Shown piece after piece: positions 1-15,200 of a stretch of DNA of 64,000 bases; within the stretch, counting starts at the first letter, position 1, and the number at the start of each line of letters is the position of its first letter. Origin of the DNA: Eledone cirrhosa (lineage: Eukaryota); NCBI GenBank assembly GCA_964016885.1, contig OZ024744.1:136400001-136464000 (forward strand), in the 5' to 3' direction. A program made the position numbers and the translations under genes. The notes beneath the pieces were generated by a model. It was not told the DNA's origin. It worked only from the letters and a program-made list of their open reading frames with translations, and ran no database searches.

Positions 1-139
1 ACTGTCTGAGAGGGATAGAATGTAGTGTGCGAGAGGGGAGACTGAGGTAGTATAGACATGTGATGAATTGAGAGAGAAACTGTGTCTGAGAGGGATAGAA
101 TGTAGTGTACGGGAGAGGAGACAGGTGGTATGAACATGT

Positions 140-223
140 GATGAGTTGAGAGAGAAACTGTGTCTGAGAGGGATAGAATGTAGTGTGCGAGAGAGGAGAC
201 TGAGGTGGTATGGACATGTGATG
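140..223 (+). mobile_element. Representative monomer: fragment of the C-terminal region (downstream of the RT domain) of an RTE-clade non-LTR retrotransposon ORF
   Basis: Translates as DELREKLCLRGIECSVRERRLRWYGHVM. This matches the typical RTE/BovB-like pattern 'N.ELR..LG...I...(V/I)R.RRLRW(F/Y)GHV.R', recognised from knowledge of the family and not from a search. Confidence 0.85.
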
Positions 224-3200
224 AGTTGAGAGAGAAACTGTGTCTGAGAGAGATAGAATGTAGTGTGTGAGAGAAGAGACTGAGGTGGTATGGACATGTG
301 ATGTGTTGAGAGAGAAACTGTGTCTGAGAGAGATAGAATGTAGTGTGTGAGAGGGGTGACTGAGGTGGTATGGACATGTGATGAGTTGAGAGAGAAACTG
401 TCTGAGAGGGATAGAATGTAGTGTGCGAGAGAGGAGACTGAGGTGGTATGGACATGTGAAGTGTTGAGAGAGAAACTGTGTCTGAGAGAGATAGAATGTA
501 GTGTGTGAGAGAGGAGACTGAGGTGGTATGGACATGTGATGTGTTGTGAGAGAAACTGTGTCTGAGAGAGATAGAATGTAGTGTGTGAGAGGGGAGACTG
601 AGGTGGTATAGACATGTGATGAGTTGAGAGAGAAACTGTGACTGAGAGGGATAGAATGTGGTGTGCGAGAGAGGAGACTGAGGTGGTATGGACATGTGAT
701 GTGTTGAGAGAGAAACCGTGTCTGTGAGGGATAGAATGTAGTGTGCGAGAGAGGAGACTGAGGTGCTATGGACATGTGATGTGTCGAGAGAGAGACTGTG
801 TTTGAGAGGGATATAATGTAGTGTGCGAGAGAGGAGACTGAGGTGGTATGGACATGTGATGTGTTGAGAGAGAAACTGTGTCTGAGAGGGATATAATGTA
901 GTGTGCGAGAGAGGAGACTGAGGTGGTATGGACATGTGATGTGTTGAGAGAGAAACTGTGTCTGAGAGGGATAGAATGTAGTGTGCGAGAGAGGAGACTG
1001 AGGTGGTATGGACATGTGATGAGTTGAGAGAGAAACTGTCTGAGAGGGATAGAATGTAGTGTGCGAGAGAGGAGACTGAGGTGGTATGGACATGTGATGT
1101 GTTGAGAGAGAAACTGTGTCTGAGAGGGATAGAATGTAGTGTGCGAGAGAGGAGACTGAGGTGGTATGGACATGTGATGACTTGAGAGAGAAACTGTCTG
1201 AGAGGGATAGAATGTAGTGTGCGAGAGGGGAGACTGAGGTAGTATAGACATGTGATGAATTGAGAGAGAAACTGTGTCTGAGAGGGATAGAATGTAGTGT
1301 ACGGGAGAGGAGACAGGTGGTATGAACATGTGATGAGTTGAGAGAGAAACTGTGTCTGAGAGGGATAGAATGTAGTGTGCGAGAGAGGAGACTGAGGTGG
1401 TATGGACATGTGATGAGTTGAGAGAGAAACTGTGTCTGAGAGAGATAGAATGTAGTGTGTGAGAGAGGAGACTGAGGTGGTATGGACATGTGATGTGTTG
1501 AGAGAGAAACTGTGTCTGAGAGGGATAGAATGTAGTGTGTGAGAGAAGAGACTGAGGTGGTATGGACATGTGATGTGTTGAGAGAGAAACTGTGTCTGAG
1601 AGAGATAGAATGTAGTGTGTGAGAGGGGAGACTGAGGTGGTATGGACATGTGATGAGTTGAGAGAGAAACTGTCTGAGAGGGATAGAATGTAGTGTGCGA
1701 GAGAGGAGACTGAGGTGGTATGGACATGTGAAGTGTTGAGAGAGAAACTGTGTCTGAGAGAGATAGAATGTAGTGTGTGAGAGAGGAGACTGAGGTGGTA
1801 TAGACATGTGATGAGTTGAGAGAGAAACTGTGACTGAGAGGGATAGAATGTGGTGTGCGAGAGAGGAGACTGAGGTGGTATGGACATGTGATGTGTTGAG
1901 AGAGAAACCGTGTCTGTGAGGGATAGAATGTAGTGTGCGAGAGAGGAGACTGAGGTGCTATGGACATGTGATGTGTCGAGAGAGAGACTGTGTCTGAGAG
2001 GGATATAATGTAGTGTGCGAGAGAGGAGACTGAGGTGGTATGGACATGTGATGTGTTGAGAGAGAAACTGTGTCTGAGAGGGATATAATGTAGTGTGCGA
2101 GAGAGGAGACTGAGGTGGTATGGACATGTGATGTGTTGAGAGAGAAACTGTGTCTGAGAGGGATAGAATGTAGTGTGCGAGAGAGGAGACTGAGGTGGTA
2201 TGGGCATGTGATGAGTTGAGAGAGAAACTGTCTGAGAGGGATAGAATGTAGTGTGCGAGAGAGGAGACTGAGGTGGTATGGACATGTGATGTGTTGAGAG
2301 AGAAACTGTGTCTGAGAGGGATAGAATGTAGTGTGCGAGAGAGGAGACTGAGGTGGTATGGACATGTGATGACTTGAGAGAGACACTGTCTGAGAGGGAT
2401 AGAATGTAGTGTGCGAGAGGGGAGACTGAGGTAGTATAGACATGTGATGAATTGAGAGAGAAACTGTGTCTGAGAGGGATAGAATGTAGTGTACGGGAGA
2501 GGAGACAGGTGGTATGAACATGTGATGAGTTGAGAGAGAAACTGTGTCTGAGAGGGATAGAATGTAGTGTGCGAGAGAGGAGACTGAGGTGGTATGGACA
2601 TGTGATGAGTTGAGAGAGAAACTGTGTCTGAGAGAGATAGAATGTAGTGTGTGAGAGAGGAGACTGAGGTGGTATGGACATGTGATGTGTTGAGAGAGAA
2701 ACTGTGTCTGAGAGTGATAGAATGTAGTGTACGGGAGAGGAGACTTAGGTAGTATGGACATGTGATGAGTTGAGAGAGAAACTGTGTCTGAGAGGGATAG
2801 AATGTAGTGTGCGAGAGAGGAGACTGAGGTGGTATGGACATGTGATGAGTTGAGAGAGAAACTGTGTCTGAGAGGGATAGAATGTAGTGTAAGAGAGAGG
2901 AGACTGAGGTAGTATGGACATGTGATGAGTTGAGAGAGAAACTGTGTCTGAGAGGGATAGAATGTAGTGTGCGGGAGAGGAGACTGAGGTGGTATGGACA
3001 TGTGATGTGTTGAGAGAGAAACTGTGTCTGAGAGGGATAGAATGTAGTGTGCGAGAGAGGAGACTGAGGTGGTATGGACATGTGATGACTTGAGAGAGAA
3101 ACTGTCTGACAGGGATAGAATGTAGTGTAAGAGAGAGGAGACTGAGGTAGTATGGACATGTGATGAGTTGAGAGAGAAACTGTGTCTGAGAGGGATAGAA

Positions 3201-6200
3201 TGTAGTGTGCGGGAGAGGAGACTGAGGTGGTATGGACATGTGATGTGTTGAGAGAGAAACTGTGTCTGAGAGGGATAGAATGTAGTGTGCGAGAGAGGAG
3301 ACTGAGGTGGTATGGACATGTGATGACTTGAGAGAGAAACTGTCTGACAGGGATAGAATGTAGTGTGCGAGAGGGGAGACTGAGGTAGTATAGACATGTG
3401 ATGAATTGAGAGAGAAACTGTGTCTGAGAGGGATAGAATGTAGTGTACGGGAGAGGAGACAGGTGGTATGGACATGTGATGAGTTGAAAGAGAAACTGTG
3501 TCTGAGAGGGATAGAATGTAGTGTGCGAGAGAGGAGACTGAGGTGGTATGAACATGTGATGAGTTGAAAGAGAAACTGTGTCTGAGAGGGATAGAATGTA
3601 GTGTGTGAGAGAGGAGACAGGTGGTATGGACATGTGATGAGTTGAGAGAGAAACTCTGTCTGAGAGGGATAGAATGTAGTGTGCGAGAGAGGAGACTGAG
3701 GTGGTATGAACATGTGATGAGTTGAAAGAGAAACTGTGTCTGAGAGGGATAGAATGTAGTGTGTGAGAGAGGAGACAGGTGGTATGGACATGTGATGAGT
3801 TGAGAGAGAAACTGTGTCTGAGAGGGATAGAATGTAGTGTGCGAGAGAGGAGACTGAGGTGGTATGGACATGTGATGAGTTGATAGAGAAACTGTGTCTG
3901 AGAGGGATAGAATGTAGTGTACGGGAGAGGAGACAGGTGGTATGAACATGTGATGAGTTGAGAAACTGTGTCTGAGAGGGATAGAATGTAGTGTGCGAGA
4001 GAGGAGACTGAGGTGGTATGGACATGTGATGACTTGAGAGAGAAACTGTGTCTGAGAGAGATAGAATGTAGTGTGTGAGAGAGGAGACTGAGGTGGTATG
4101 GACATGTGATGTGTTGTGAGAGAAACTGTGTCTGAGAGAGATAGAATGTAGTGTGTGAGAGGGGAGACTGAGGTGGTATAGACATGTGATGAGTTGAGAG
4201 AGAAACTGTGACTGAGAGGGATAGAATGTGGTGTGCGAGAGAGGAGACTGAGGTGGTATGGACATGTGATGTGTTGAGAGAGAAACCGTGTCTGAGAGGG
4301 ATAGAATGTAGTGTGCGAGAGAGGAGACTGAGGTGCTATGGACATGTGATGTGTCGAGAGAGAAACTGTGTCTGAGAGGGATATAATGTAGTGTGCGAGA
4401 GAGGAGACTGAGGTGGTATGGACATGTGATGTGTTGAGAGAGAAACTGTGTCTGAGAGGGATATAATGTAGTGTGCGAGAGAGGAGACTGAGGTGGTATG
4501 GACATGTGATGTGTTGAGAGAGAAACTGTGTCTGAGAGGGATAGAATGTAGTGTGCGAGAGAGGAAACTGAGGTGGTATGGACATGTGATGAGTTGAGAG
4601 AGAAACTGTCTGAGAGGGATAGAATGTAGTGTGCGAGAGAGGAGACTGAGGTGGTATGGACATGTGATGAGTTGAGAGAGAAACTGTGTCTGAGAGAGAT
4701 AGAATGTAGTGTGTGAGAGAAGAGACTGAGGTGGTATGGACATGTGATGTGTTGAGAGAGAAACTGTGTCTGAGAGAGATAGAATGTAGTGTGTGAGAGG
4801 GGAGACTGAGGTGGTATGGACATGTGATGAGTTGAGAGAGAAACTGTCTGAGAGGGATAGAATGTAGTGTGCGAGAGAGGAGACTGAGGTGGTATGGACA
4901 TGTGAAGTGTTGAGAGAGAAACTGTGTCTGAGAGAGATAGAATGTAGTGTGTGAGAGAGGAGACTGAGGTGGTATGGACATGTGATGACTTGAGAGAGAA
5001 ACTGTGTCTGAGAGGGATAGAATGTAGTGTGCGAGAGGGGAGACTGAGGTAGTATAGACATGTGATGAATTGAGAGAGAAACTGTGTCTGAGAGGGATAG
5101 AATGTAGTGTACGGGAGAGGAGACAGGTGGTATGAACATGTGATGAGTTGAGAGAGAAACTGTGTCTGAGAGGGATAGAATGTAGTGTGCGAGAGAGGAG
5201 ACTGAGGTGGTATGGACATGTGATGAGTTGAGAGAGAAACTGTGTCTGAGAGAGATAGAATGTAGTGTGTGAGAGAGGAGACTGAGGTGGTATGGACATG
5301 TGATGTGTTGAGAGAGAAACTGTGTCTGAGAGTGATAGAATGTAGTGTACGGGAGAGGAGACTTAGGTAGTATGGACATGTGATGAGTTGAGAGAGAAAC
5401 TGTGTCTGAGAGGGATAGAATGTAGTGTGAGAGAGAGGAGACTGAGGTGGTATGGACATGTGATGAGTTGAGAGAGAAACTGCTTCTGAGAGGGATAGAA
5501 TGTAGTGTGCGAGAGAGGAGACTGAGGTGGTATGGACATGTGATGTGTTGAGAGAGAAACTGTGTCTGAGAGGGATAGAATGTAGTGTGTGAGAGAGGAG
5601 ACTGAGGTGGTATGGACATGTGATGTGTTGAGAGAGAAACTGTGTCTGAGAGGGATAGAATGTAGTGTGCGAGAGGGGAGACTGAGGTGGTATGGACATG
5701 TGATGTGTTGAGAGAGAAACTGTGTCTGAGAGGGATAGAATGAAGTGTGCGAGAGAGGAGACTGAGGTGGTATGGACATGTGATGAGTTGAGAGAGAAAC
5801 TGTGTCTGAGAGGGATAGAATGTAGTGTAAGAGAGAGGAGACTGAGGTAGTATGGACATGTGATGAGTTGAGAGAGAAACTGTGTCTGAGAGGGATAGAA
5901 TGTAGTGTGCGAGAGAGGAGACTGAGGTGGTATGGACATGTGATGTGTTGAGAGAGAAACTGTGTCTGAGAGGGATAGAATGTAGTGTGCGAGAGAGGAG
6001 ACTGAGGTGGTATGGACATGTGATGAGTTGAGAGAGAAACTGTGTCTGAGAGGGATAGAATGTAGTGTAAGAGAGAGGAGACTGAGGTAGTATGGACATG
6101 TGATGAGTTGAGAGAGAAACTGTGTCTGAGAGGGATAGAATGTAGTGTGCGGGAGAGGAGACTGAGGTGGTATGGACATGTGATGTGTTGAGAGAGAAAC

Positions 6201-9200
6201 TGTGTCTGAGAGGGATAGAATGTAGTGTGCGAGAGAGGAGACTGAGGTGGTATGGACATGTGATGACTTGAGAGAGAAACTGTCTGACAGGGATAGAATG
6301 TAGTGTGCGAGAGGGGAGACTGAGGTAGTATAGACATGTGATGAATTGAGAGAGAAACTGTGTCTGAGAGGGATAGAATGTAGTGTACGGGAGAGGAGAC
6401 AGGTGGTATGGACATGTGATGAGTTGAAAGAGAAACTGTGTCTGAGAGGGATAGAATGTAGTGTGCGAGAGAGGAGACTGAGGTGGTATGAACATGTGAT
6501 GAGTTGAAAGAGAAACTGTGTCTGAGAGGGATAGAATGTAGTGTGTGAGAGAGGAGACAGGTGGTATGGACATGTGATGAGTTGAGAGAGAAACTCTGTC
6601 TGAGAGGGATAGAATGTAGTGTGCGAGAGAGGAGACTGAGGTGGTATGAACATGTGATGAGTTGAAAGAGAAACTGTGTCTGAGAGGGATAGAATGTAGT
6701 GTGTGAGAGAGGAGACAGGTGGTATGGACATGTGATGAGTTGAGAGAGAAACTGTGTCTGAGAGGGATAGAATGTAGTGTGCGAGAGAGGAGACTGAGGT
6801 GGTATGGACATGTGATGAGTTGAGAGAGAAACTGTGTCTGAGAGGGATAGAATGTAGTGTGCGAGAGAGGAGACGGAGGTGGTATGGACATGTGATGAGT
6901 TGAGAGAGAAACTGTGTCTGAGAGGGATAGAATGTAGTGTACGGGAGAGGAGACAGGTGGTATGAACATGTGATGAGTTGAGAAACTGTGTCTGAGAGGG
7001 ATAGAATGTAGTGTGCGAGAGAGGAGACTGAGGTGGTATGGACATGTGATGACTTGAGAGAGAAACTGTGTCTGAGAGGGATAGAATGTGGTGTGCGAGA
7101 GAGGAGACTGAGGTGGTATGGACATGTGATGTGTTGAGAGAGAAACCGTGTCTGAGAGGGATAGAATGTAGTGTGCGAGAGAGGAGACTGAGGTGCTATG
7201 GACATGTGATGTGTCGAGAGAGAAACTGTGTCTGAGAGGGATATAATGTAGTGTGCGAGAGAGGAGACTGAGGTGGTATGGACATGTGATGTGTTGAGAG
7301 AGAAACTGTGTCTGAGAGGGATATAATGTAGTGTGCGAGAGAGGAGACTGAGGTGGTATGGACATGTGATGTGTTGAGAGAGAAACTGTGTCTGAGAGGG
7401 ATAGAATGTAGTGTGCGAGAGAGGAAACTGAGGTGGTATGGACATGTGATGAGTTGAGAGAGAAACTGTCTGAGAGGGATAGAATGTAGTGTGCGAGAGA
7501 GGAGACTGAGGTGGTATGGACATGTGATGTGTTGAGAGAGAAACTGTGTCTGAGAGGGATAGAATGTAGTGTGCGAGAGAGGAGACTGAGGTGGTATGGA
7601 CATGTGATGACTTGAGAGAGAAACTGTCTGAGAGGGATAGAATGTAGTGTGCGAGAGGGGAGACTGAGGTAGTATAGACATGTGATGAATTGAGAGAGAA
7701 ACTGTGTCTGAGAGGGATAGAATGTAGTGTACGGGAGAGGAGACAGGTGGTATGAACATGTGATGAGTTGAGAGAGAAACTGTGTCTGAGAGGGATAGAA
7801 TGTAGTGTGCGAGAGAGGAGACTGAGGTGGTATGGACATGTGATGAGTTGAGAGAGAAACTGTGTCTGAGAGAGATAGAATGTAGTGTGTGAGAGAAGAG
7901 ACTGAGGTGGTATGGACATGTGATGTGTTGAGAGAGAAACTGTGTCTGAGAGAGATAGAATGTAGTGTGTGAGAGGGGAGACTGAGGTGGTATGGACATG
8001 TGATGAGTTGAGAGAGAAACTGTCTGAGAGGGATAGAATGTAGTGTGCGAGAGAGGAGACTGAGGTGGTATGGACATGTGAAGTGTTGAGAGAGAAACTG
8101 TGTCTGAGAGAGATAGAATGTAGTGTGTGAGAGAGGAGACTGAGGTGGTATGGACATGTGATGTGTTGTGAGAGAAACTGTGTCTGAGAGAGATAGAATG
8201 TAGTGTGTGAGAGGGGAGACTGAGGTGGTATAGACATGTGATGAGTTGAGAGAGAAACTGTGACTGAGAGGGATAGAATGTGGTGTGCGAGAGAGGAGAC
8301 TGAGGTGGTATGGACATGTGATGTGTTGAGAGAGAAACCGTGTCTGTGAGGGATAGAATGTAGTGTGCGAGAGAGGAGACTGAGGTGCTATGGACATGTG
8401 ATGTGTCGAGAGAGAGACTGTGTCTGAGAGGGATATAATGTAGTGTGCGAGAGAGGAGACTGAGGTGGTATGGACATGTGATGTGTTGAGAGAGAAACTG
8501 TGTCTGAGAGGGATAGAATGTAGTGTGCGAGAGAGGAGACTGAGGTGGTATGGACATGTGATGACTTGAGAGAGAAACTGTCTGAGAGGGATAGAATGTA
8601 GTGTGCGAGAGGGGAGACTGAGGTAGTATAGACATGTGATGAATTGAGAGAGAAACTGTGTCTGAGAGGGATAGAATGTAGTGTACGGGAGAGGAGACAG
8701 GTGGTATGAACATGTGATGAGTTGAGAGAGAAACTGTGTCTGAGAGGGATAGAATGTAGTGTGCGAGAGAGGAGACTGAGGTGGTATGGACATGTGATGA
8801 GTTGAGAGAGAAACTGTGTCTGAGAGAGATAGAATGTAGTGTGTGAGAGAAGAGACTGAGGTGGTATGGACATGTGATGTGTTGAGAGAGAAACTGTGTC
8901 TGAGAGAGATAGAATGTAGTGTGTGAGAGGGGAGACTCAGGTGGTATGGACATGTGATGAGTTGAGAGAGAAACTGTCTGAGAGGGATAGAATGTAGTGT
9001 GCGAGAGAGGAGACTGAGGTGGTATGGACATGTGAAGTGTTGAGAGAGAAACTGTGTCTGAGAGAGATAGAATGTAGTGTGTGAGAGAGGAGACTGAGGT
9101 GGTATGGACATGTGATGTGTTGTGAGAGAAACTGTGTCTGAGAGAGATAGAATGTAGTGTGTGAGAGGGGAGACTGAGGTGGTATAGACATGTGATGAGT

Positions 9201-12200
9201 TGAGAGAGAAACTGTGACTGAGAGGGATAGAATGTGGTGTGCGAGAGAGGAGACTGAGGTGGTATGGACATGTGATGTGTTGAGAGAGAAACCGTGTCTG
9301 TGAGGGATAGAATGTAGTGTGCGAGAGAGGAGACTGAGGTGCTATGGACATGTGATGTGTCGAGAGAGAGACTGTGTCTGAGAGGGATATAATGTAGTGT
9401 GCGAGAGAGGAGACTGAGGTGGTATGGACATGTGATGTGTTGAGAGAGAAACTGTGTCTGAGAGGGATATAATGTAGTGTGCGAGAGAGGAGACTGAGGT
9501 GGTATGGACATGTGATGTGTTGAGAGAGAAACTGTGTCTGAGAGGGATAGAATGTAGTGTGCGAGAGAGGAGACTGAGGTGGTATGGACATGTGATGAGT
9601 TGAGAGAGAAACTGTCTGAGAGGGATAGAATGTAGTGTGCGAGAGAGGAGACTGAGGTGGTATGGACATGTGATGTGTTGAGAGAGAAACTGTGTCTGAG
9701 AGGGATAGAATGTAGTGTGCGAGAGAGGAGACTGAGGTGGTATGGACATGTGATGACTTGAGAGAGAAACTGTCTGAGAGGGATAGAATGTAGTGTGCGA
9801 GAGGGGAGACTGAGGTAGTATAGACATGTGATGAATTGAGAGAGAAACTGTGTCTGAGAGGGATAGAATGTAGTGTACGGGAGAGGAGACAGGTGGTATG
9901 AACATGTGATGAGTTGAGAGAGAAACTGTGTCTGAGAGGGATAGAATGTAGTGTGCGAGAGAGGAGACTGAGGTGGTATGGACATGTGATGAGTTGAGAG
10001 AGAAACTGTGTCTGAGGGAGATAGAATGTAGTGTGTGAGAGAGGAGACTGAGGTGGTATGGACATGTGATGTGTTGAGAGAGAAACTGTGTCTGAGAGTG
10101 ATAGAATGTAGTGTACGGGAGAGGAGACTTAGGTAGTATGGACATGTGATGAGTTGAGAGAGAAACTGTGTCTGAGAGGGATAGAATGTAGTGTGAGAGA
10201 GAGGAGACTGAGGTGGTATGGACATGTGATGAGTTGAGAGAGAAACTGCTTCTGAGAGGGATAGAATGTAGTGTGCGAGAGAGGAGACTGAGGTGGTATG
10301 GACATGTGATGTGTTGAGAGAGAAACTGTGTCTGAGAGGGATAGAATGTAGTGTGTGAGAGAGGAGACTGAGGTGGTATGGACATGTGATGTGTTGAGAG
10401 AGAAACTGTGTCTGAGAGGGATAGAATGTAGTGTGCGAGAGGGGAGACTGAGGTGGTATGGACATGTGATGTGTTGAGAGAGAAACTGTGTCTGAGAGGG
10501 ATAGAATGAAGTGTGCGAGAGAGGAGACTGAGGTGGTATGGACATGTGATGAGTTGAGAGAGAAACTGTGTCTGAGAGGGATAGAATGTAGTGTAAGAGA
10601 GAGGAGACTGAGGTAGTATGGACATGTGATGAGTTGAGAGAGAAACTGTGTCTGAGAGGGATAGAATGTAGTGTGCGAGAGAGGAGACTGAGGTGGTATG
10701 GACATGTGATGTGTTGAGAGAGAAACTGTGTCTGAGAGGGATAGAATGTAGTGTGCGAGAGAGGAGACTGAGGTGGTATGGACATGTGATGAGTTGAGAG
10801 AGAAACTGTGTCTGAGAGGGATAGAATGTAGTGTAAGAGAGAGGAGACTGAGGTAGTATGGACATGTGATGAGTTGAGAGAGAAACTGTGTCTGAGAGGG
10901 ATAGAATGTAGTGTGCGGGAGAGGAGACTGAGGTGGTATGGACATGTGATGTGTTGAGAGAGAAACTGTGTCTGAGAGGGATAGAATGTAGTGTGCGAGA
11001 GAGGAGACTGAGGTGGTATGGACATGTGATGACTTGAGAGAGAAACTGTCTGACAAGGATAGAATGTAGTGTGCGAGAGGGGAGACTGAGGTAGTATAGA
11101 CATGTGATGAATTGAGAGAGAAACTGTGTCTGAGAGGGATAGAATGTAGTGTGCGAAAGAGGAGACTGAGGTGGTATGGACATGTGATGAGTTGAGAGAG
11201 AAACTGTGTCTGAGAGAGATAGAATGTAGTGTGTGAGAGAGGAGACTGAGGTGGTATGGACATGTGATGTGTTGAGAGAGAAACTGTGTCTGAGAGAGAT
11301 AGAATGTAGTGTGTGAGAGGGGAGACTGAGGTGGTATGGACATGTGATGAGTTGAGAGAGAAACTGTCTGAGAGGGATAGAATGTAGTGTGCGAGAGAGG
11401 AGACTGAGGTGGTATGGACATGTGAAGTGTTGAGAGAGAAACTGTGTCTGAGAGTGATAGAATGTAGTGTAAGAGAGAGGAGACTGAGGTGGTATGGACA
11501 TGTGATGAGTTGAGAGAGAAACTGTGTCTGAGAGGGATAGAATATAGTGTGCGAGAGGAGGAGACTGAGGTGGTATGGACATGTGATGTGTTGAGAGAGA
11601 AACTGTGTCCGAGAGTGATAGAATGTAGTGTAAGAGAGAGGAGACTGAGGTGGTATGGACATGTGATGAGTTGAGAGAGAAACTGTGTCTGATAGGGATA
11701 GAATATAGTGTGCGAGAGGAGGAGACTGAGGTGGTATGGACATGTGATGTGTTGAGAGAGAAACTGTCTGAGAGGGATAGAATGTAGTGTGTGAGAGAAG
11801 AGACTGAGGTGGTATGGACATGTGATGTGTTGAGAGAGAAACTGTGTCTGAGAGGGATAGAATGTAGTGTGCGAGAGAGGAGACTGGTGGTATGGACATG
11901 TGATGAGTTGAGAGAGAAACTGTGTCTGAGAGGGATAGAATGTAGTGTGCGAGAGAGGAGACTGAGGTGGTATGTACATGTGATGACTTGAGAGAGAAAC
12001 TGTCTGAGACGGATAGAATGTAGTGTGCGAGAGGGGAGACTGAGGTGGTATGGACATGTGATGAGTTGAGAGAGAAACTGTGTCTGAGAGGGATAGAATG
12101 TAGTGTACGAGAGAGGAGACTGAGGTGGTATGTACATGTGATGAATTGAGAGAGAAACTGTGTCTGAGAGAGATAGAATGTAGTGTGCGAGAGAGGAGAC

Positions 12201-15200
12201 TGAGGTGGTATGGACATGTGATGTGTTGAGAGAGAAACTGTGTCTGAGAGGGATAGAATGTAGTGTACGGGAGAGGAGACAGGTGGTATGGACATGTGAT
12301 GAGTTGAAAGAGAAACTGTGTCTGAGAGGGATAGAATGTAGTGTGCGAGAGAGGAGACTGAGGTGGTATGAACATGTGATGAGTTGAAAGAGAAACTGTG
12401 TCTGAGAGGGATAGAATGTAGTGTGTGAGAGAGGAGACAGGTGGTATGGACATGTGATGAGTTGAGAGAGAAACTCTGTCTGAGAGGGATAGAATGTAGT
12501 GTGCGAGAGAGGAGACTGAGGTGGTATGAACATGTGATGAGTTGAAAGAGAAACTGTGTCTGAGAGGGATAGAATGTAGTGTGTGAGAGAGGAGACAGGT
12601 GGTATGGACATGTGATGTGTTGAGAGAGAAACTGTGTCTGAGAGGGATAGAATGAAGTGTGCGAGAGAGGAGACTGAGGTGGTATGGACATGTGATGAGT
12701 TGAGAGAGAAACTGTGTCTGAGAGGGATAGAATGTAGTGTAAGAGAGAGGAGACTGAGGTAGTATGGACATGTGATGAGTTGAGAGAGAAACTGTGTCTG
12801 AGAGGGATAGAATGTAGTGTGCGAGAGAGGAGACTGAGGTGGTATGGACATGTGATGTGTTGAGAGAGAAACTGTGTCTGAGAGGGATAGAATGTAGTGT
12901 GCGAGAGAGGAGACTGAGGTGGTATGGACATGTGATGAGTTGAGAGAGAAACTGTGTCTGAGAGGGATAGAATGTAGTGTAAGAGAGAGGAGACTGAGGT
13001 AGTATGGACATGTGATGAGTTGAGAGAGAAACTGTGTCTGAGAGGGATAGAATGTAGTGTGCGGGAGAGGAGACTGAGGTGGTATGGACATGTGATGTGT
13101 TGAGAGAGAAACTGTGTCTGAGAGGGATAGAATGTAGTGTGCGAGAGAGGAGACTGAGGTGGTATGGACATGTGATGACTTGAGAGAGAAACTGTCTGAC
13201 AAGGATAGAATGTAGTGTGCGAGAGGGGAGACTGAGGTAGTATAGACATGTGATGAATTGAGAGAGAAACTGTGTCTGAGAGGGATAGAATGTAGTGTGC
13301 GAAAGAGGAGACTGAGGTGGTATGGACATGTGATGAGTTGAGAGAGAAACTGTGTCTGAGAGAGATAGAATGTAGTGTGTGAGAGAGGAGACTGAGGTGG
13401 TATGGACATGTGATGTGTTGAGAGAGAAACTGTGTCTGAGAGAGATAGAATGTAGTGTGTGAGAGGGGAGACTGAGGTGGTATGGACATGTGATGAGTTG
13501 AGAGAGAAACTGTCTGAGAGGGATAGAATGTAGTGTGCGAGAGAGGAGACTGAGGTGGTATGGACATGTGATGAATTGAGAGAGAAACTGTGTCTGAGAG
13601 GGATAGAATGTAGTGTGCGAAAGAGGAGACTGAGGTGGTATGGACATGTGATGAGTTGAGAGAGAAACTGTGTCTGAGAGAGATAGAATGTAGTGTGTGA
13701 GAGAGGAGACTGAGGTGGTATGGACATGTGATGTGTTGAGAGAGAAACTGTGTCTGAGAGAGATAGAATGTAGTGTGTGAGAGGGGAGACTGAGGTGGTA
13801 TGGACATGTGATGAGTTGAGAGAGAAACTGTCTGAGAGGGATAGAATGTAGTGTGCGAGAGAGGAGACTGAGGTGGTATGGACATGTGAAGTGTTGAGAG
13901 AGAAACTGTGTCTGAGAGTGATAGAATGTAGTGTAAGAGAGAGGAGACTGAGGTGGTATGGACATGTGATGAGTTGAGAGAGAAACTGTGTCTGAGAGGG
14001 ATAGAATATAGTGTGCGAGAGGAGGAGACTGAGGTGGTATGGACATGTGATGTGTTGAGAGAGAAACTGTGTCCGAGAGTGATAGAATGTAGTGTAAGAG
14101 AGAGGAGACTGAGGTGGTATGGACACGTGATGAGTTGAGAGAGAAACTGTCTGAGAGGGATAGAATGTAGTGTGTGAGAGAAGAGACTGAGGTGGTATGG
14201 ACATGTGATGTGTTGAGAGAGAAACTGTGTCTGAGAGGGATAGAATGTAGTGTGCGAGAGAGGAGACTGGTGGTATGGACATGTGATGAGTTGAGAGAGA
14301 AACTGTGTCTGAGAGGGATAGAATGTAGTGTGCGAGAGAGGAGACTGAGGTGGTATGTACATGTGATGACTTGAGAGAGAAACTGTCTGAGACGGATAGA
14401 ATGTAGTGTGCGAGAGGGGAGACTGAGGTGGTATGGACATGTGATGAGTTGAGAGAGAAACTGTGTCTGAGAGGGATAGAATGTAGTGTACGAGAGAGGA
14501 GACTGAGGTGGTATGTACATGTGATGAATTGAGAGAGAAACTGTGTCTGAGAGAGATAGAATGTAGTGTGCGAGAGAGGAGACTGAGGTGGTATGGACAT
14601 GTGATGTGTTGAGAGAGAAACTGTGTCTGAGAGGGATAGAATGTAGTGTACGGGAGAGGAGACAGGTGGTATGGACATGTGATGAGTTGAAAGAGAAACT
14701 GTGTCTGAGAGGGATAGAATGTAGTGTGCGAGAGAGGAGACTGAGGTGGTATGAACATGTGATGAGTTGAAAGAGAAACTGTGTCTGAGAGGGATAGAAT
14801 GTAGTGTGTGAGAGAGGAGACAGGTGGTATGGACATGTGATGAGTTGAGAGAGAAACTCTGTCTGAGAGGGATAGAATGTAGTGTGCGAGAGAGGAGACT
14901 GAGGTGGTATGAACATGTGATGAGTTGAAAGAGAAACTGTGTCTGAGAGGGATAGAATGTAGTGTGTGAGAGAGGAGACAGGTGGTATGGACATGTGATG
15001 AGTTGAGAGAGAAACTGTGTCTGAGAGGGATAGAATGTAGTGTGCGAGAGAGGAGACTGAGGTGGTATGGACATGTGATGAGTTGAGAGAGAAACTGTGT
15101 CTGAGAGGGATAGAATGTAGTGTGCGAGAGAGGAGACGGAGGTGGTATGGACATGTGATGAGTTGAGAGAGAAACTGTGTCTGAGAGGGATAGAATGTAG

